From positions 1,916,136-1,980,135 of the forward strand of contig CAWFNQ010000001.1 in the NCBI GenBank assembly GCA_963817245.1: DNA of 64,000 nucleotides, given 5' to 3'. Positions 58,004 to 64,000 of this stretch are shown here, in pieces. This DNA is from an uncultured Chloroflexia bacterium. Lineage in GTDB: Bacteria > Chloroflexota > Limnocylindria > Limnocylindrales > CSP1-4. A program made the translations under genes and the position numbers. The first letter of the stretch is position 1. Each line of letters begins with the position of its first letter. The notes beneath the pieces are model-generated. The model searched no databases and was not told where the DNA came from. It saw only the letters and a list, made by a program, of their open reading frames with translations.

Positions 58004-60807
58004 GCGACGGGACGTCGCTGGACCCCCCGCCGGAAGAGCCGACGACCACGCCGGCGTCGACGCCCGCGGCCGCGTCGACGTCCGAAGGGACGGCCACCTT
58101 CCTGTTCAGCGACATCGAGGGATCGACCCGCCTCGAGGAGCGTGTCGGCACCGACCGCTATGGCGGGCTCCGGGAGCGACATCGCGAGCTGCTGCGCCTG
58201 GCCTTCGTGGCGGCCGGCGGGACCGAGGAAGGCACGGAGGGCGACTCGTTCTTCATCGTCTTCCCGTCCGCGCGGGCGGCGGTCCAGGCCGCGGTAGCGG
58301 CCCAGCGGGCGATGGCGACGGAACCATGGCCCGAGGACGCCGCCGTCCGCGTCCGGATGGGGATCCACACCGGTGAACCGCAGCGGATCGGTGGCTCCCT
58401 CATCGGACTCGACGTCAACCGGGCGGCGCGCATCGCTGCGGCGGCGCACGGCGGTCAGATCCTCGTCTCGGATGCGACCCGGGCCCTCGTCACCGGGTCG
58501 CTGCCGTCCGACATCCGGATGCGGGACCTCGGGACGTTCCGGCTCCGCGACCTCACCGCGCCCGAGCGTCTGGCCCAGGTCGACGCCGACGGCCTGCCGG
58601 GCGCCTTCCCGCCACCCCGGACGAGCGAGTCACGACCCGCCAACCTGCCAAGTCAGCTGACGACCTTCGTCGGTCGCCAGGACGAGCTCGCCGAAGCGGA
58701 GGCCTTGCTGGCGACCACCCGGCTGCTGACGTTCACCGGGCCCGGCGGGACCGGCAAGACCCGCCTGTCGATCGCGCTGGCGACGCAGGTCGCCGATCGC
58801 TTCCCGGACGGGGTCTACTTCGTCCCGCTCGAGCCGGTTCGTGACCCGATGCTCGTCGCGTCGCGGATCGCCGCATCCGTCGGCGTCACCGAAGGTGCCA
58901 ACAACCAGCCGGTCGCCGAGGCCCTCGCGGAGTGGTTGTCGGCGCGGCGAGTCTTGCTCGTCCTCGACAACTTCGAACAGGTCCTCGACGCGGCCCCGGT
59001 CATCGCCGGCCTGCTGCGGGCCGCGCCGGACCTCAAGATCATCGCGACGAGCCGCGCGGCCCTGCGGATGTCGGGCGAACAGGAGTACCCGGTCCCCGGC
59101 CTGCCGGTGCCGCCGGACCCCGGGTCGCTGAGCAGCGTCGAGCGCATGAACCTGCCCGGCGGGTCGCGCGGGATCGATGCCGCCGCGGTCGGGCAGTACG
59201 CCGCGGTCCGACTGTTCATCGAACGCGCGAAGGCGGTCCGACCGACGTTCGCGGTCACCAACGAGAACGCCCCGGCCGTGGCCGGCATCGCCGCGCGGCT
59301 CCACGGCATGCCGCTCGCGATCGAGCTGGCCGCGGCGCGCGTCAAGCTGCTGTCCCCGGACGCGATCCTGACCCGCCTCGAGCACCAGCTCGACGTGCTG
59401 GCGTCGGGTGGTCGCGACCTGCCGGCTCGCCAGCAGACCCTGCGTGGGGCCATCGCCTGGAGCTACGACCTGCTCGACGAGGGCAGCCGGCGACTGCTCG
59501 ACCGGCTGTCCGTGTTCGCCGGACCGGCCGACATCGATGCGGCCGAGGCCGTGCTCGGGCCGGCGTCGGAGCTCGGCGTCGACGTCGTCGACGGGCTGTC
59601 GGGGCTGGCCGACCAGAGTCTGGCCCGGATCGACGAGACGCCCGACCGCGAGCCGCGCTTCGGGCTGCTCGAGTCCATCCGCGAATTCGCCGCCGAGCAG
59701 CTGGTAGCCCGCGGCGAACGCGAGGTCATCGACGACCGGCACCGCGACTGGTTCGTCCATCTGGCCGAGACGGCCGCGCCAGAGCTGGCGGGCGATGACC
59801 AGCGTCGCTGGCTCGATCGCCTCGAGCTCGCCCACGACGACATCCGGGTCGTGCTGGACCGCGCGGTGGCGCGACCCGAGCCCGCGATCGCGATCCCCCT
59901 CGCGTTCGCGATGTGGCGGTTCTGGCAGAAGCACGGTCATCTGGCCGAGGCGCGCCGCCGGCTCGACGCGATGGAGGCGGCTTCCTGGTCGCACGACGAT
60001 CCACGCCTCCGGGCGCGATTGCTCGAGGCGCTCGGTGGCATCTGCTGGTGGCAGGGCGACATCGCGCGGATGCAGGTCGCGTACACCGAAGCGCTCGAGA
60101 TCTGGAAGGGGATCGGCGACGAACGCGAGCTCGCCAACGCCTACTACAACGTGTCGTTCTCCTTTGCCGTCGGCGAGCACGGTCCGTTCCAAGGCAGCGA
60201 CCCGGAGCACATCGGCGAGGGTTACCTCGAGTCCGCGCTGACGCTCTTCCGGCACATCGGCGACAAGCGCGGCGAAGCGAACGCGTTGTGGGGCCTCGGC
60301 ACGCTCCGCTACTTCGAGGGCACCGAGCTAGGCGGAGAGGAGGAGTTCCGAGCGGCCCTCCGGCTCTTCCGCGACGAGGACGACCGGACGATGGAAGCGT
60401 GGGCCCTGCACATGCTCGGGTCGGCCCTCATCCGCCAGCACCGGACCGAGGAGGCGCGGGATGCCGTGGCGCATGCCGTCGCGCACTTCCACGCCGCCGG
60501 CGACATCGCCGGGCTGACCCTGACCCTGTACGACCTGGCCTCGGTCGCCGTGCAGAACGACGACCTGCCGCGCGCGGCACGGCTGCGGGGCGCCGCGCGA
60601 AATCTCACGACCGAGACCGGCGCCGGCCTGGCGACCTTCACGGAGACCGCGTTCGAACAGGCCGGCCTCCGACCGAACGTGCTGCAATACATGCCCGAGG
60701 CCGAGGCCGAGCGCCTCGGGGCCGAGGGCGCGGCGATGACGCTCGACGACGCCGTCGCGTACGCCCTCGAGGGGTCCGAGGCGTCCGTCAAGGGCGCCGC
60801 CCACTGA
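58000..60807 (+). CDS. Class III adenylate/guanylate cyclase fused to NB-ARC/AAA ATPase and TPR repeats (start codon unresolved)
   Basis: Cyclase domain (TATFLFSDIEGSTRL ... GDSFFIVF ... GIHTGEP), P-loop LLTFTGPGGTGKTRLSIAL, long helical TPR-like C-terminus. No canonical in-frame start within 40 codons of the cyclase domain; the track ORF starts at 57880, 124 nt inside the upstream cNMP gene. Confidence 0.75.
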   Translation: MSDGTSLDPPPEEPTTTPASTPAAASTSEGTATFLFSDIEGSTRLEERVGTDRYGGLRERHRELLRLAFVAAGGTEEGTEGDSFFIVFPSARAAVQAAVAAQRAMATEPWPEDAAVRVRMGIHTGEPQRIGGSLIGLDVNRAARIAAAAHGGQILVSDATRALVTGSLPSDIRMRDLGTFRLRDLTAPERLAQVDADGLPGAFPPPRTSESRPANLPSQLTTFVGRQDELAEAEALLATTRLLTFTGPGGTGKTRLSIALATQVADRFPDGVYFVPLEPVRDPMLVASRIAASVGVTEGANNQPVAEALAEWLSARRVLLVLDNFEQVLDAAPVIAGLLRAAPDLKIIATSRAALRMSGEQEYPVPGLPVPPDPGSLSSVERMNLPGGSRGIDAAAVGQYAAVRLFIERAKAVRPTFAVTNENAPAVAGIAARLHGMPLAIELAAARVKLLSPDAILTRLEHQLDVLASGGRDLPARQQTLRGAIAWSYDLLDEGSRRLLDRLSVFAGPADIDAAEAVLGPASELGVDVVDGLSGLADQSLARIDETPDREPRFGLLESIREFAAEQLVARGEREVIDDRHRDWFVHLAETAAPELAGDDQRRWLDRLELAHDDIRVVLDRAVARPEPAIAIPLAFAMWRFWQKHGHLAEARRRLDAMEAASWSHDDPRLRARLLEALGGICWWQGDIARMQVAYTEALEIWKGIGDERELANAYYNVSFSFAVGEHGPFQGSDPEHIGEGYLESALTLFRHIGDKRGEANALWGLGTLRYFEGTELGGEEEFRAALRLFRDEDDRTMEAWALHMLGSALIRQHRTEEARDAVAHAVAHFHAAGDIAGLTLTLYDLASVAVQNDDLPRAARLRGAARNLTTETGAGLATFTETAFEQAGLRPNVLQYMPEAEAERLGAEGAAMTLDDAVAYALEGSEASVKGAAH

Positions 60808-60978
60808 ATCGGCCGTCCCACGGTCGGGATCCGACCCGGCTTCGGCTAGACTGACCGTCCAGATGACGGCCCCGACGATCCCGCCCGCGACGCCCGAACC
60901 CGCTCCCGGTTCCGAACCCGGGGTGACCTCGCGACCCAAGTCGGGATCCCGAAGAATCCCGGCCGCCGCGAGCTGGGG

Positions 60979-61764
60979 ATGAAGGCGACCCTCCTCTTCC
61001 CGGACCGCGAGATCGTCGAGAGGTTCTACGTCCCGATCATCTACACCGCCTGTCGCACCTGCTACTCCGAGCAGCCGCCGGAGGAGATCTTCGACCGGGC
61101 GGTCGCCGGCGATTTCGACCCGGCCAAGATGCAGAAGCTCATCGCCTCGGTCATCGAGTCGGGGCACGGCTCCACCATCGAGCACGTCGTCTTCACCTTC
61201 GGGATCACGGGCGTGTCACGGACCCTGTCGCACCAGCTCGTGCGGCATCGCGCCGGTGTCGCCTTCGACCAGCAGAGCCAGCGCTACGTCAAGTTCAAGG
61301 GCGCGGCGACGATGCTCCCCCACTCCATCGCCGAGGGCGACCCGGAGCTGCGCGAGCGCTACCAGACGCAGGTCGACGGGGCGCTCGACCTGTACGGCGA
61401 GATGCTCGCGGCCGGGGTCCCGGGCGAGGACGCCCGGTTCATCTTCCCCAACGCGACCCGGACGAACCTCGTGATGACCACGAACCTGCGCGCCCTCATC
61501 CACATGTCCGGGCTGCGCCTGTGCACGATGGCCCAGTGGGAGATCCGCCGGCTCTTCCAGCTCATCCGCCAGCAGATCTTCGACGTGTCGCCGTTCCTCG
61601 GCTCGTTCCTCGCGCCCAAGTGCGTGCCGCTGGGCTACTGCGACGAGTTCAACAACCGCGACGGCCACTGCCCGATCCGGCCACACAAGGACCGGGTCCT
61701 CGAGGTCTGGGCCGAGAAGGCCGCCGCGGCACGCGCCGCGGGACGGGAGTTGCCGCAGGTCTGA
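60979..61764 (+). CDS. thyX: Flavin-dependent thymidylate synthase ThyX
   Basis: ThyX signature RHRAGVAFDQQSQRY (RHR ... SxRY) and the conserved YxxxAC(R/T)xCY N-terminal region. 261 aa. Confidence 0.9.
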   Translation: MKATLLFPDREIVERFYVPIIYTACRTCYSEQPPEEIFDRAVAGDFDPAKMQKLIASVIESGHGSTIEHVVFTFGITGVSRTLSHQLVRHRAGVAFDQQSQRYVKFKGAATMLPHSIAEGDPELRERYQTQVDGALDLYGEMLAAGVPGEDARFIFPNATRTNLVMTTNLRALIHMSGLRLCTMAQWEIRRLFQLIRQQIFDVSPFLGSFLAPKCVPLGYCDEFNNRDGHCPIRPHKDRVLEVWAEKAAAARAAGRELPQV

Positions 61765-61775
61765 GTCGCGGCGCC

Positions 61776-62871
61776 TCAGCCCGCCTCCACGATCGCGACC
61801 TCCCGGGCCGCTTCGGGGTCCAGGAACGCGCCCAGTCGCGCCGCCTCCGCCTCGAGATCCAGGCGCTCGGCCCGCGAGAGTCCACGCCCCAGCTCGACGG
61901 TCATGACCGCGGACGAGCCCGTCCGGCGGACGCGCCACGCCGCCGCTGATCCCGCCGTCGACGAGGATCGGACCCTTCCAGACGAAGTCCAGGCCCCACG
62001 ACAGCACCCCGTTGATCCGCGAGCGGTCGTCGTGCGACAGGAAGACGTTGTCGTACTGCGGGAGGAAACGGACCGGCGCCGGGAGGTCGGGGTCGGCGAG
62101 CGGGCCGTCCTCGACGTCGAGGAGCTCGCGGCCGGCGTCGTCGCGGAAGGTCCGCAGTCCGGGCCGCAGGCGCTCCACGACCTCGCGCAGGCCGGTGAAC
62201 CACGACCAGGTCCGGACGTCCGAGGCGCTCGCCGGTCCGAAGGCCCGCAGGTAGCGCAGGACGAGGGCATCGACCGTCGTCGCCGCCGGCGTCCGGCCCG
62301 TCCACGCCTCGAGCGTCGTGTTCATGGTCCGGCCCTTCCGCCCCCACAGGCCGCGCGGCGGGACCTGGACCAGCGGCAGCGCGTATCGCGCGGAGTAGGC
62401 GAGCGAGGCCGGGTCGCGGTCCGGCCAGCGCGCGGCCAGGTGCTTCCCGAGATCGCTCGGGGTCATCGGTCGTTCTTCGAGCGCGGCGCGCGCCGCGTCG
62501 AGGACCGCTTCGGCGTCGAGGCCATCGAGCGCCTTGGCGAACGGCGTATTGCGGAACGTCCGGCGGTGGACGCCGGCCGTGAGCGGGGCGATCGCGAGGG
62601 CGTCCTCGGTGGTGAGCAGATGGAGGGTCGTCCGCAGTGATCCCATCCGGACGAGACGACGCTCGGCGATCGCGTCGCTGACGACCATCGGATCGAAGGA
62701 CGCGATCCGCGACCAGAGCCCGACATAGGGATCGATGGGCTCCTGTGCCTGGAGGGCGACGAGCCCCTCGATGACCTCGATCGGGTCGCGATCGACCCGT
62801 TCGAGCAGACCCTGTCGCGCGAGGAGGGTCCGGTTCAGGACCCGCGGCGAGAGGCGGTCAGGCCGCGCCAA
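61776..62871 (-). CDS. Winged-helix DNA-binding domain protein (YcaQ/AlkZ-like), apparent frameshift near 61941-61956
   Basis: N-terminal region LLARQGLLERVDRDPIEVIEGLVALQAQ ... VRFLPQYDNVFLSHDDRSRI resembles the YcaQ/AlkZ-like DNA-glycosylase family. The C-terminus continues in another frame (...WKGPILVDG|RIAAAWRVRRTGSSAVMTVELGRGLSRAERLDLEAEAARLGAFL); the track ORF runs on spuriously into thyX antisense. Confidence 0.55.
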
Positions 62872-63751
62872 GGTCGGCCACGAATCGCCGGATCACGCGC
62901 GCGAGGCGCGGACCGGCCTCGGCACCCGCAGCCAGCACCTCGTCGTGGGTCAAGGGCGCGCCGGTGTACCCGGCTCCGGCGTTGGTCACGAGGGAGACAC
63001 CGCAGACCTCGAGGCCGACCCAGCGGGCGGCGATGCATTCGAGGACGGTCGACATCCCGACCGCGTGCCCGCCGAACGAGGCCAGCATCCGGACCTCGGC
63101 CGGCGTCTCGTAGTTCGGGCCGGTCAGCCCGACGTAGATCCCCTCCGCGAGGGTGACGTCCTCCGCGCTCGCTGCGGCGCGCAGGCGCTCGCGCAGGCGC
63201 GGGCTCCAGGCATCGGTCATGTCGGGGAATCGCGGCCCGAGGGTGTCCGCGTTCGGCCCCATGAGCGGGTCGTGCCCGGTCAGGTTGATGTGGTCGGTCA
63301 TGAGCATCAGCGTCCCGGGCCCGAACGACGGGTCCAGGCCGCCGGCGGCATTCGTCAGCACGACGACGGTCGCACCAAGCTGATGGAACAGCAGCACGGG
63401 TTCGACGACGAGGCCCGGGTGGTTGCCCTCGTAGAGGTGGAATCGGCCCTGGAGCATGACCACCGGCGTGCCGCCGAGCGTCCCGAGGAGGAGCCGGCCG
63501 GCGTGTCCCGGCGCGGTCGCCGCGGGCCACCCGGGCAGCTCGGCGAACGGGATGACGACCGGATCCTCGACGTCGTCGGCGAGGCCGCCGAGGCCGGACC
63601 CCAGGACGATGCCCACCGCCGGCACGAGATCCGTGCGCTCCCGGACCGCCGCTTCGAGGGCCGCGAGCCGGGCCGGCTGCGCGGACGGCGGGATCGGCCG
63701 GGTGGGATCGAGGGGACGGCCGACGTCAGCGGGGAGCGGCAGGTCGGACAT
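62858..63751 (-). CDS. Purine nucleoside phosphorylase (trimeric PNP-I family)
   Basis: PNP motifs GSGLGGLAD ... GRFHLYEGN ... GMSTVLECIAA ... VSLVTNAGAG. 297 aa. Confidence 0.85.
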   Translation of the reverse strand: MSDLPLPADVGRPLDPTRPIPPSAQPARLAALEAAVRERTDLVPAVGIVLGSGLGGLADDVEDPVVIPFAELPGWPAATAPGHAGRLLLGTLGGTPVVMLQGRFHLYEGNHPGLVVEPVLLFHQLGATVVVLTNAAGGLDPSFGPGTLMLMTDHINLTGHDPLMGPNADTLGPRFPDMTDAWSPRLRERLRAAASAEDVTLAEGIYVGLTGPNYETPAEVRMLASFGGHAVGMSTVLECIAARWVGLEVCGVSLVTNAGAGYTGAPLTHDEVLAAGAEAGPRLARVIRRFVADLGAA

Positions 63752-64000
63752 GCGGGCCTCCAGGAGACGCGTCCAGGGGGTAGACGGCCGAGGCCCGCAG
63801 GCTTCGTCGGCCCGACGGGAGTATCGACACCGGGATGCCGATCACGTCCCGCCGGGCGCGAACCCGCGGGCGGACCGTGGTGAGACAGCCACCCGAGCCG
63901 GGCAACGAAGCGCCCGAAGCGACCGGCGGCGGATCGAAGGTCCTTGATGCGATCTCGGGTCCTGCGGTCCTGTCGGCCCCTTCGGGCAAGACCTACGGTA

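Overview
This is a high-GC (about 72%) chromosomal segment carrying about 60 protein-coding genes. By gene content it is most likely actinobacterial: DUF385 F420-dependent nitroreductase, DesA-type acyl-ACP desaturase, DinB-family protein, and several LuxR/NarL-type and adenylate-cyclase-type regulators. I found no rRNA, tRNA, CRISPR array, IS element or prophage.

Recognisable housekeeping genes are greA, thyX, tag, a DEAD-box helicase, a purine nucleoside phosphorylase, a class I/II aminotransferase and RidA. Between them is a dense accessory, signalling-rich complement:
- a roughly 2050-aa sensor histidine kinase with about 7 GAF and 4 PAS domains, followed by an orphan receiver protein and a NarL-type response regulator;
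- a divergent pair of cNMP-binding proteins next to a class III cyclase with NB-ARC and TPR domains;
- an amicyanin-like blue-copper lipoprotein;
- a DUF2089-DUF4097-SHOCT operon;
- HipA-like/DUF3037 and vapBC pairs;
- two ABC-2 exporters;
- a five-gene Dpp/Opp-type peptide ABC operon (dppABCDF-like) that is shattered by many frameshifts.

Single-base indels, mostly in G/C homopolymers, interrupt at least eight otherwise intact genes. Frameshifts in this window should be read as possible sequence errors as much as genuine pseudogenes.

Because the GC content is so high, the six-frame track contains many long spurious ORFs, especially antisense to real genes and across the internally repetitive GAF-domain gene.
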